Positions 10,313-19,110 of a stretch of DNA of 64,000 nucleotides are shown here, in pieces. The notes below the pieces were generated by a model. That model made no database searches, was not told the origin of the DNA, and saw only the letters and a list, made by a program, of their open reading frames with translations. A program made the position numbers and the translations under genes. Each line of letters opens with the position of its first letter. Positions within the stretch are counted from its first letter, which is position 1. Origin of the DNA: a bacterium (GTDB lineage: Bacteria; SAR324; XYD2-FULL-50-16; G965216635); assembly GCA_965216635.1 (NCBI GenBank), contig OZ244188.1, forward strand, positions 136,001-200,000. Reading direction: 5' to 3'.

Positions 10313-11812
10313 TTAAAATTCAGTAACTCTAGTTTTCACCTTAGTTTTTCCCTGCTCTGTTGTTTCCAAATAAAATTTATAAAGTAGATTTTGAGATACA
10401 GCACTGCGGTATTCTTTCGTTGCTCTCAAATCGCTAATAGGAGAGTAGTCTTTTTGCAAAGTTTTCATTGTAGCCATTATTGTCTCTTCTTCCCATAGTT
10501 TGCCTAGCAAAGCCTGTTCGGTTTTATAAGCTCTTTTGGGGAAGGCAGACATACCTGAAAAAGCGATGGCTATTTTTTGAATGCTGTTAGCATCATCTAG
10601 TTCAAGTTGGAAAGCTCCGCAAAGTGCAGATATATCATCGTCTATTCTTTTGGATATTTTGTAAATTCTAAAATACTGTTTTTCTGTGGGTTTTGGAATT
10701 TGAATCTGTTCTATAAACTCCCCTTTTTTCAGGGCTGTTTTTCTGTAGTCAAGAAAAAAATCTGTAGCTAGAATCACTCTAGTTTTTGCTGCGTGCCCAG
10801 TAGATACTTGGCAAGCTTGCCTTAAAACAAAACGCGCCCCCCAAACCAATAGAGCTGGTGGAGTGTCGGCTACTGCTGAAGCGTTGGCGAGGTTGCCGCC
10901 AATACTAGCTTGATTTCTAATTTGTGGAGAAGCAAATCTTGTCAACAGCAAGGCAAAGTCGGGGTAATATTTTTCAAAAATAAAAAAAAGTTTAGCAAGT
11001 GGCACAGCAGATCCTAAATGGAGTTCGGTTTTTGTTTCCTTGATAATATTTAATTCTGCCACTCTGTGTAAATCAATAATGGCATAAAATCTCTGATGCC
11101 TCTGGGTGATTGCTAGAGATAAATCCGTTCCTCCACAGCTAAGTTTGGCATCTGGATTTTGTAGTAGAAGGTGAATGAAATTTTTTAAGTTTGTAGGAAG
11201 ATAGTAATTTTTTATAAGAGTATCTCCGCCTAGCGCTGTTTTGGCTGGAGATTCTTTAAGGCTATGCAGTAGTTTTAAAGTTTTTTTCTCCTCGCACGGG
11301 TGGGCATCTGCTGGTGTATCTGCTGGTGTATCTATTGGGGCTTGAAGAGCAGCATCTATAATTGCTCTGTAACCAGTGCAGCGGCAAAGATTCCCAGTCA
11401 AACCTTCCAAGACCTGTTCACGAGTAGGTTTTATGTGGTTTTGAAACAGCGCAAATAAAGACATCACAAAACCAGGTGTGCAAAAACCACATTGGGAGCC
11501 GTGATAATCTACCAAAGCTTGTTGCACAGGGTGTAACCCTTTTTTATCTTTTAAACCCTCTACTGTTATCAACTGATTGCCTTCTAAATTGCCCAGCAAG
11601 GCTATGCAAGAGTTAATCGTCCGATATTTTAGTTTTGTATATTTAGAATCTGGCTCTGCGAGAACTACAGTGCAGGCTCCACAATCACCACTAGCGCAAC
11701 CTTCTTTAGTGCCACAAAAACCCTCTTTTCGTAAATACTCCAAAATCGTTGTATTGGCGTTTTCTTCTTGGATAGTGCGGATTTCATTTTTGTTAAGTAG
11801 GAATTGGAGCAT
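10313..11812 (-). CDS. xdhA: Xanthine dehydrogenase small subunit (2Fe-2S ferredoxin + FAD-binding domains). True start probably MLQFLLNK at 11812; the ORF-track N-terminal extension to 11908 is likely spurious
   Basis: Two [2Fe-2S] cysteine clusters (CGxGxCGAC…, CGFCTPG, CRCTGY) followed by a CO-dehydrogenase flavoprotein-like FAD domain. Confidence 0.85.
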   Translation of the reverse strand: MLQFLLNKNEIRTIQEENANTTILEYLRKEGFCGTKEGCASGDCGACTVVLAEPDSKYTKLKYRTINSCIALLGNLEGNQLITVEGLKDKKGLHPVQQALVDYHGSQCGFCTPGFVMSLFALFQNHIKPTREQVLEGLTGNLCRCTGYRAIIDAALQAPIDTPADTPADAHPCEEKKTLKLLHSLKESPAKTALGGDTLIKNYYLPTNLKNFIHLLLQNPDAKLSCGGTDLSLAITQRHQRFYAIIDLHRVAELNIIKETKTELHLGSAVPLAKLFFIFEKYYPDFALLLTRFASPQIRNQASIGGNLANASAVADTPPALLVWGARFVLRQACQVSTGHAAKTRVILATDFFLDYRKTALKKGEFIEQIQIPKPTEKQYFRIYKISKRIDDDISALCGAFQLELDDANSIQKIAIAFSGMSAFPKRAYKTEQALLGKLWEEETIMATMKTLQKDYSPISDLRATKEYRSAVSQNLLYKFYLETTEQGKTKVKTRVTEF

Positions 11813-11953
11813 AATAAAAAGTATAATTATTGTTTTTATTAAAAACACCCTAATAAACCAAAGCCTACTAATAGTAAAATAGATAATCAAGAAAAAAAAC
11901 GCTGGCAATACCTATTTGATGATTTTAAGAGCTCTTATCCTTTTAATGGATGA

Positions 11954-12040
11954 TTTTTATTTTTTTGGGGCGCGTCAGTCCAGTTAGCAGTTGGTGGGTT
12001 GGTTGTGACTATATTGCAACTTTTAAAAACTGCGAGTTAA
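11954..12040 (+). pseudogene. 3' remnant of a Bdr-like gene (encodes FLFFWGASVQLAVGGLVVTILQLLKTAS*) directly upstream of the OMP array
   Basis: Manual translation; matches the C-terminal TM cassette of the Bdr-like paralogs (…LLFWGVSVQLAVGGLVVTILQFLQN). Confidence 0.6.
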
Positions 12041-12237
12041 AATTTTTTTTTGCTTTTCGTGAAAACAAAAAAAACACAAAGCTCTCACTAAAAATAAACC
12101 CTTGCATTAAGTTATATTTTGGCTAAACTAGGAAAATGTTAAAAAAAAATAAAGAATTATTTTTTTTTGTTTGCTTTTAATTTTTTTTCAGTTATATTTC
12201 TATTTTTACCTTCTTCTAACCTTTATTAAATATTATT

Positions 12238-13491
12238 ATGCAAGAAGTAACAAAAAGGGCGTTAAATAGCTCTCTTAAAAATTGTGAGACAAAATTAGCT
12301 CAATTTAACCAACGGGCTGGTTTTCAACGGGCGAGTTTTCGTGGAGCGTTATTGCTAGGTGCGGTTTTGTTGAGTTTGCTATTTGTAGGTAATCTGCAAG
12401 CACAGAGCAGCGTTAGCACAAAACAGGGATTTTTCGCGGGTATTGTCTATCTACAAGGATTCGGAGTAGATACCACAAAAACTAGCACAAGCTCTGCTAC
12501 TGGCTATGAAATCACTGGCTATGGAGAGGCAACCACTGGAATAGATTTAACTGGTGGAAATCCTAACTGGCCTACTGCAACAGCAACTGGAATGAGAGCT
12601 TTACTAAAAGCAAACTGTGAAACAGGAATAACGAGGATTACACAAACAGATGGAAATTACTTTTTCCCCGTGAGTACCTTTAGCTCTTTTAATGAGATTA
12701 AGGATGCTACTGTAACATCCCTAGACAGTGTTACTGGAGTTCGATTTAGAAATGGAAAAGACCCAAGTGAAGACTCCCATTGTCGTAGGCATTTTTACGG
12801 TGATCTTTCCTCTGGAAGAACCGCTATTAATTTTTCTGCCTATGAGATAGCGACTCCAGATTCGCTTTCAAAATCCCCTCTCCCCAGCACAGAGAGCGAC
12901 GCACTCAACGGTGTCGGTCTGCAAGTCGGCTGGCGAGGAGAAAAATGGAGAGCCTCCTTGACTCACTTTACTGGCAAGGGTGGAGCTAACGAGCTCGTCA
13001 ATACAGTGGTGATGGCGGAGTATTTTTTTCACGAGGAGTTTTTTGCAGGAGGCGGTCTAGCGAGTATGAAGCTTACCAATGGCTCTACTAGTGCTTCGGC
13101 TACTAGTCCCGTGTTAACGGTAGGCTATAAGGAGAACTTAACTCCCAACCTATTCTTTAATATTAGCTTGACGAAGTATATCTCGGGGGTTTCTCTGAGC
13201 CGTTCTGCTCCAGCTTCTGCTCCGATTCCCACTGGCAGAACTTTTAGCGAAACACAGACTGCACGCGGTGATTCAGCCTTTCTTGGAGGCCTAGTTTATA
13301 TAAATGACAGGGGAAGTGCATTTAAATTCAGTTATGATGTTGGTGCTATTGTAGATAGCAGAATAGAAGTAACCCAAGTCCGCACAAGAGATGTGGAAAT
13401 ACAAGAAGTTGAAATTCCAGCAGCGGAGAAAATTGAAGCTGAAATCAAAGCCCCCGTAGTCGTCAGCATTTCCCTGCTTTGGCGCTTTTAA
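12238..13491 (+). CDS. Paralogous outer-membrane beta-barrel protein, copy 1 (conserved N-terminal MQEVTKRALNSSLKNCETK extension, hydrophobic signal-like segment, C-terminal …VVVSISLLWRF)
   Basis: C-terminal aromatic-X-Phe OMP signature, alternating beta-strand pattern, 5-member paralog family with shared upstream region. Confidence 0.6.
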   Translation: MQEVTKRALNSSLKNCETKLAQFNQRAGFQRASFRGALLLGAVLLSLLFVGNLQAQSSVSTKQGFFAGIVYLQGFGVDTTKTSTSSATGYEITGYGEATTGIDLTGGNPNWPTATATGMRALLKANCETGITRITQTDGNYFFPVSTFSSFNEIKDATVTSLDSVTGVRFRNGKDPSEDSHCRRHFYGDLSSGRTAINFSAYEIATPDSLSKSPLPSTESDALNGVGLQVGWRGEKWRASLTHFTGKGGANELVNTVVMAEYFFHEEFFAGGGLASMKLTNGSTSASATSPVLTVGYKENLTPNLFFNISLTKYISGVSLSRSAPASAPIPTGRTFSETQTARGDSAFLGGLVYINDRGSAFKFSYDVGAIVDSRIEVTQVRTRDVEIQEVEIPAAEKIEAEIKAPVVVSISLLWRF

Positions 13492-13597
13492 CAGAGTTGT
13501 TGAAAAAAATGCAAAATTCTTTTTTTTTGTTTGCTTTTAATTTTTTTTCAGTTATATTTCTAATTTTAATCTCTTCTAACTTTTATTAAATATTATT

Positions 13598-14902
13598 ATG
13601 CAAGAAGTAACAAAAAGAGCGTTAAAAACACCTCTTAAAAATTGTGAGACAAAAGTAGCCCAATTTAATCAACGGGCTGGTTTTCAATGGGCTGGTTTTC
13701 AATGGGCTGGTTTTCAATGGGCTGGCTTCAAATGGAATGGCGTTGTATTGCTAGGTGCGATTTTGTTGAGTTTGCTATTTGTAGGTAATCTGCAAGCACA
13801 GAGCAGCGTTAGCACAAAACAGGGATTTTTCGCGGGTATTGTTTATCTACAAGGATTCGGAGTAGATACCACAAAAACTAGCACAAGCTCTGCTACTGGC
13901 TATGAAATCACTGGCTATTCAAACGACGAAACTAGAATAGACGCAACAGGTGGGAATATTTATTTGAATAAGATAGTACTAACTAGCATCAGAGTTTTAT
14001 TCAAAGAAAACTGTGAAGCAGGAACAACGAGTATTACACAAACAGGTGGAGATGCAAATTCAAATGGAAATTACTATTTTGCCTCGAAGCACTTCAGCTC
14101 TTTTAATGAGATTAAGGATGCTACTGAAACAGCCAAGGGAGGCACTATTGTTGAAACTGGATTTAGAAATGGAACAGTGGCAACTCATGACTCCTATTGT
14201 CGCAGGTACTTTTACGGAGATCTTTCCTCTGGAAGAACCACTATTAGTTTTTCTGCCTATGAGATAGCGACTCCAGATTCGCCTTCAAAACCCCCCGTCA
14301 CCAGCACAGAGAGCGACGCACTCAACGGTGTCGGTCTGCAAGTCGGCTGGCGAGGAGAAAAATGGAGAGCCTCTCTGACTCACTTTACTGGCAAGGGTGG
14401 AGCTAACGAGCTCGTCAATACAGTGGTGATGGCGGAGTATTTTTTTCACGAGGAGTTTTTTGCAGGAGGCGGTCTAGCGAGTATGAAACTTACCAATGGA
14501 TCTACTAGCGCCTCGGCTACTAGTCCCGTGTTAACGGTAGGCTATAAGGAGAACTTAACTCCCAACCTATTCTTTAATATTAGCTTGACGAAGTATATCT
14601 CGGGTATTTCTCTGAGCCGTTCTACTAATCCAGCTCAGATTCCCACTGGCGCCCCTCTTATAAGAAAAACACAGACTAAAGATGGTGATACAGTGTACAT
14701 TGGAGGAATAGTTGAGAGGAATGAAGCACGGTTTCGATATAGCTCCGCATTAGAAAGTGTGTCAGATTCCAGAATAGAAGCAACCCAAGTCCGTAGCCGA
14801 GATGTGGAAATACAACAAGTCACAACTCCAGCAGCGCAGAAGATAGAAGCCGAAATCAAAGCCCCCGTAGTCGTCAGCATTTCCCTGCTGTGGCGCTTTT
14901 AA
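13598..14902 (+). CDS. Paralogous outer-membrane beta-barrel protein, copy 2 (4 copies of GFQWA pentapeptide repeat in N-terminal extension)
   Basis: As copy 1; 15-bp in-frame tandem repeat GCTGGTTTTCAATGG. Confidence 0.6.
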   Translation: MQEVTKRALKTPLKNCETKVAQFNQRAGFQWAGFQWAGFQWAGFKWNGVVLLGAILLSLLFVGNLQAQSSVSTKQGFFAGIVYLQGFGVDTTKTSTSSATGYEITGYSNDETRIDATGGNIYLNKIVLTSIRVLFKENCEAGTTSITQTGGDANSNGNYYFASKHFSSFNEIKDATETAKGGTIVETGFRNGTVATHDSYCRRYFYGDLSSGRTTISFSAYEIATPDSPSKPPVTSTESDALNGVGLQVGWRGEKWRASLTHFTGKGGANELVNTVVMAEYFFHEEFFAGGGLASMKLTNGSTSASATSPVLTVGYKENLTPNLFFNISLTKYISGISLSRSTNPAQIPTGAPLIRKTQTKDGDTVYIGGIVERNEARFRYSSALESVSDSRIEATQVRSRDVEIQQVTTPAAQKIEAEIKAPVVVSISLLWRF

Positions 14903-15009
14903 CAGAATTGTTGAAAAAAATGCAAAATTCTTTTTTTTTATTTTCTTTTTTATTTTTTTTCAGTTATATTTCTATTTTTACCTTCTTCTAACCTTTATTA
15001 AATATTATT

Positions 15010-16353
15010 ATGCAAGAAGTAACAAAAAGGGCGTTAAAAACACCTCTTAAAAATTGTGAGACAAAAGTAGCTCAGGCTGGTTTTCAATGGGCTAACCAAT
15101 GGGCTAATCAACGGGCTGGTTTTCAATGGGCTAATCAACGGGCTGGATTCCAATGGAATGGCGTTGTATTGCTAGGTGCGGTTTTGTTGAGTTTGCTATT
15201 TGTAGGTAATCTGCAAGCACAGAGCCCCAATGGAAACACAAAACAGGGATTTTTCGCGGGTATTGTTTATCTACAAGGATTCGGAGTAGATACCACAAAA
15301 ACTAGCACAAGCTCTGCTACTGGCTATGAAATCACTGGCTATTCAAATGACGAAACTAGAATAGACGCAACCTCTGGATTGTCTTATTGGGATACCCCAG
15401 CGGGGACGACAGCCGGAATTGGAGCTAGAGCTTTAATAGCGGCAAACTGTGAACGTGATGCAACAAATACTACATATCTAGGTGAAAATTATTATCTTCC
15501 AAGAAATTTCTATTTCTTCGATTCTTTTGATCCTGGTGCGAAACAGTCTTTAGCTGATATTAATAGTTCAATGAATGATGCTACTGTTACTTTTAATGAC
15601 GACACTATTTCTAGTAGAATCTTTCGTTCAGGATTGGTAGCTGGAGAAACATCCTATTGTAAAACTTACTTTGATAGCCTTCCCCAAATTAATTTTTCTG
15701 CCTATGATGTAACTCCAGATTCGCCTTCAAAACCCCCCGTCACCAGCACAGAGAGCAACGCACTCAACGGTGTTGGTCTGCAATTCGGCTGGCGAGGAGA
15801 AAAATGGAGAGCCTCCTTGACTCACTTTACTGGCAAAGGTGGAGCTAACGAGCTCGTCAATACAGTGGTGATGGCGGAGTATTTTTTTCACGAGGAGTTT
15901 TTTGTAGGAGGCGGTCTAGCGAGTATGAAGCTTACCAATGGCTCTACTAGCGCCTCGGCTACTAGTCCCGTGATCACGGTAGGCTATAAGGAGAACTTAA
16001 CTCCCAACCTATTCTTTAATATTAGCTTGACAAAGTATATCTCGGGTATTTCTCTGAGCCGTTCTACTAGTCCTACAGCTACTAACAAAACTTTTACCCG
16101 CACACAGACTGAACGCGGTAAAGATAGTCATAAAGCAACGATTGGTAGCAGAATCACAGTTCCTGCTAATCGGCAAAGCGGGGTAGGCGCTATTTTTCAA
16201 CAAGCAGCAGGTCCTGATAATAGAATAGAAGTAACCCAATTCCGCAGCAGAGATGTGGAAATAGAAGAAGTCACAACTCCAGCAACGCAGAAGATAGAAG
16301 CTGAAATCAAAGCCCCCGTAGTCGTCAGCATTTCCCTGCTGTGGCGCTTTTAA
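15010..16353 (+). CDS. Paralogous outer-membrane beta-barrel protein, copy 3 (mixed GFQWA/NQWA/NQRA repeats)
   Basis: As copy 1. Confidence 0.6.
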   Translation: MQEVTKRALKTPLKNCETKVAQAGFQWANQWANQRAGFQWANQRAGFQWNGVVLLGAVLLSLLFVGNLQAQSPNGNTKQGFFAGIVYLQGFGVDTTKTSTSSATGYEITGYSNDETRIDATSGLSYWDTPAGTTAGIGARALIAANCERDATNTTYLGENYYLPRNFYFFDSFDPGAKQSLADINSSMNDATVTFNDDTISSRIFRSGLVAGETSYCKTYFDSLPQINFSAYDVTPDSPSKPPVTSTESNALNGVGLQFGWRGEKWRASLTHFTGKGGANELVNTVVMAEYFFHEEFFVGGGLASMKLTNGSTSASATSPVITVGYKENLTPNLFFNISLTKYISGISLSRSTSPTATNKTFTRTQTERGKDSHKATIGSRITVPANRQSGVGAIFQQAAGPDNRIEVTQFRSRDVEIEEVTTPATQKIEAEIKAPVVVSISLLWRF

Positions 16354-16383
16354 TAGAGTTGTGTAGGCACCGAATCACCTAAA

Positions 16384-16521
16384 CTTTTGAATTTGCATTC
16401 TGTTTAGCCTATGCAGCGTTAAAAAAAAATTTTAACTCTTGAAATATTACATATATTCCTGCGAGCTAAAATTTTTTTTTGCCTTGCCTAGCCGTCACAT
16501 AACGCAAATTCAAAGGTCTAT
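16384..16521. mobile_element. MITE-like element inserted in the loop of the post-OMP3 hairpin (GGCACCGAATCACCTAAAC | element | ACCTAAACTCGGTGCC), with an apparent 8-bp duplication ACCTAAAC
   Basis: The uninterrupted version of the same hairpin exists on the other strand near 57005-57035; element body is >90% identical to the 59556-59699 copy. Confidence 0.65.
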
Positions 16522-16805
16522 TACCTAAACTCGGTGCCATTCAAAAAACCACCTCCCCGCCAAACCGCATCCCCTCCAAAAACACCTAAAAAAACAAAAT
16601 TGCAGGGACATTTTTTTTGCTTTTCGTGAAAACAAAAAAAACACAAAGCTCTCACTAAAAATAAACCCTTGCATTAAGTTATATTTTGGCTAAACTAGGA
16701 AAATTTTAAAAAAAGATAAAAAGTTATGTTTTTTTTGTTTGCTTTTAATTTTTTTTCAGTTATATTTCTATTTTTACCTTCTTCTAACCTTTATTAAATA
16801 TTATT

Positions 16806-18089
16806 ATGCAAGAAGTAACAAAAAGGGCGTTAAATAGCTCTCTTAAAAATTGTGAGACAAAAGTAGCTCAGGCTGGTTTTCAATGGGCTAATCAACGGGC
16901 TGGATTCCAATGGAATGGCGTTGTATTGCTAGGTGCGGTTTTGTTGAGTTTGCTATTTGTAGGTAATCTGAAAGCACAAACCCAAAATGGTTCCAATGGA
17001 AGCACAAAACAGGGATTTTTCGCTGGTATTGTCTATCTACAAGGATTCGGAGTAGATACCACAAAAAGCAGCACAAACTCTGCTACTGGCTATAGAATCA
17101 AATATTCAAACGATATTACTGGAATAGACGCAACAGGTGGGAATCATACGTTGAGCCCTTTACTTTTACTAACTAGCATCAGAGCTTTATTCAAAGAAAA
17201 CTGTGAAGAAGGAACAACGAATTTTACACAAACGGGTGGACAAGCAAATTCAAATGGAAATTACTATTTTACCAGGGATTACTTCGTATCTTTTAATGAG
17301 ATTAAGGATGCTACTGTAATAGAATTTGTAGACCCTATTGCTCGAACTAGATTTAACAATGGAAAAGTGGTAACTCATGACTCCTATTGTCGCAGGTACT
17401 TTTACGGTGATCTTTCCTCCACTAGAACCCCTATTAATCTTCCTGATCCTGATGTGACTGCAGATTCGCTTTCAAAACCCCCCGTCACCAGCACAGAGAG
17501 CGATGCACTCAACGGTATCGGTCTGCAAGTCGGCTGGCGAGGGGAAAAATGGAGAGCCTCTCTGACTCACTTCACTGGCAAAGGTGGAGCTAACGAGCTC
17601 GCCAATACAGTGGTAATGGCGGATTATTTTTTTCACGAGAAATTTTTTGCAGGAGGCGGTCTAGCGAGTATGAAGCTTACCAATGGTTCAACTAGCGCCT
17701 CGGCTACTAGCCCCGTGGTTCAAGTAGGCTATAAGGAAAACTTAACTCCCAACCTATTCTTTAATATTAGCTTGACAAAGTATATCTCGGGTATTTCTCT
17801 GAGCCGTTCTACTAATCCAGCTCCGATTCCCACTGGCGCCCCTCTTATTAGAAAAACACAGACTAAAGATGGTGATACAGTATTCATTGGAGGAACAGTT
17901 ACTAGAATTGACAGGTCGAATCAATATAACTCCTTATTTAGCAGTGTGTTAGATTCCAGAATAGAAGTAACCCAAGTCCGCAGCCGAGATGTGGAAATAC
18001 AACAAGTCACAACTCCAGCAGCGCAGAAGATAGAAGCCGAAATCAAAGCCCCCGTAGTCGTCAGCATTTCCCTGCTTTGGCGCTTTTAA
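16806..18089 (+). CDS. Paralogous outer-membrane beta-barrel protein, copy 4
   Basis: As copy 1; shares about 270-bp upstream region with copy 1. Confidence 0.6.
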   Translation: MQEVTKRALNSSLKNCETKVAQAGFQWANQRAGFQWNGVVLLGAVLLSLLFVGNLKAQTQNGSNGSTKQGFFAGIVYLQGFGVDTTKSSTNSATGYRIKYSNDITGIDATGGNHTLSPLLLLTSIRALFKENCEEGTTNFTQTGGQANSNGNYYFTRDYFVSFNEIKDATVIEFVDPIARTRFNNGKVVTHDSYCRRYFYGDLSSTRTPINLPDPDVTADSLSKPPVTSTESDALNGIGLQVGWRGEKWRASLTHFTGKGGANELANTVVMADYFFHEKFFAGGGLASMKLTNGSTSASATSPVVQVGYKENLTPNLFFNISLTKYISGISLSRSTNPAPIPTGAPLIRKTQTKDGDTVFIGGTVTRIDRSNQYNSLFSSVLDSRIEVTQVRSRDVEIQQVTTPAAQKIEAEIKAPVVVSISLLWRF

Positions 18090-18396
18090 CAGAAAAAAAC
18101 CTACAATGGATGTTGCAAAGCATAACATGTAGAGACGCCCTACACGGGCGTCTTATATGATGTGCATAAACCACAAAAAAAACTATTTTAATAAAAGTTC
18201 TGAATTTATGAGACGCTCGTATAGAGCGTCTCTACAGACCTACATAAAATAAAAAATAACGCCCCGCATTTCCCCAAACATCTTCTTAAGAACGGGGACA
18301 CATTTTTACCCAAAATGGTTGAATAAGCAAAAAATAACGTTCCCGCAAAAACACCTAAAAAACAAAATTGCAGTGGGCATTTTTTTAATTTTGCCC

Positions 18397-18402
18397 TATA
18401 AT
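18397..18402 (+). promoter_or_regulatory. Putative -10 box (TATAAT) of the Bdr-like array promoter, inside the conserved module CAAAATTGCAGNGGNCATTTTTTTAATTTTNCCCTATAATCTTTTTATTTT
   Basis: Module conserved (reverse-complemented) upstream of the two minus-strand Bdr-like transcription units at about 55625-55690 and 56890-56945. Confidence 0.35.
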
Positions 18403-18500
18403 CTTTTTATTTTTTGGGGCTTGACTTCACTAGAATAGTTTGCTAAAATAAAACAACCAAAATAAAATGTTAAGAAAAATAAAATGTTAAGAAAAATAAA

Positions 18501-19022
18501 ATGTTAAGAACAACTACCGCACAAAAATTTACTTCTACTAAAATCTACGATCTTTTGATTGGACTAGGTGCAGAAAAAAAGAGCGCAGAGATTGCTATTG
18601 GAGAGTTTGTAGAACTGGTCCCAAAAGCTTTGGCTTCTAGTACAACAGAAACTGGTTTGGATACCACTCTTCCTACGGACAAAGGGGATATCTGGAGATT
18701 AGAATCCATCATTTCAGACAACAAAAGCGATACAGACATAAAACTGAAAGAAATTGAGAAGGAAATAGTAAAAATCAAAAGCAACCTAAAAGAAACTATA
18801 GCAAAAACCAAAAGCGACCTAAAAGAAACTATAGCAAAAATCGAAAGCAACTTAAAAGAAACTATAGCAAAAAACAAAAGCGATACCGATTTAAAAATAG
18901 AAATGATGAGAACAGAAGCAGAAAAAAACAAAAACGCTCTATTGATTATAGGAATTTCAACACAGCTAGCAGTTGGTGGGCTGGTTGTGGCTGTATTACA
19001 GCTTTTAAAAGTTTTGACTTAA
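18501..19022 (+). CDS. Bdr-like / DUF1640-like small coiled-coil membrane protein (173 aa; C-terminal cassette …LQLLKVLT)
   Basis: Conserved N-domain MLRTTTAQKFTSTKIYDLLIGLGAEKK…, 11-aa (33-bp) tandem repeats KSDLKETIAKx, C-terminal TM helix; architecture parallels Borrelia Bdr proteins. Confidence 0.55.
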   Translation: MLRTTTAQKFTSTKIYDLLIGLGAEKKSAEIAIGEFVELVPKALASSTTETGLDTTLPTDKGDIWRLESIISDNKSDTDIKLKEIEKEIVKIKSNLKETIAKTKSDLKETIAKIESNLKETIAKNKSDTDLKIEMMRTEAEKNKNALLIIGISTQLAVGGLVVAVLQLLKVLT

Positions 19023-19110
19023 TAAAGTAGCAGAAAAGTTTAGCTTATCTGCAAAATGTATTTTGGCGAGGGGATATTTTTTGGGGGCATTGACTTTAAA
19101 AGGAGAATTT

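Noticed and set aside
11813-11908. N-terminal 32-aa extension of xdhA (MPAFFFLIIYFTISRLWFIRVFLIKTIIILFI…)
   Set aside because: Poly-hydrophobic low-complexity translation of an AT-rich region; XdhA homologs start at the 2Fe-2S domain, so the downstream Met is preferred
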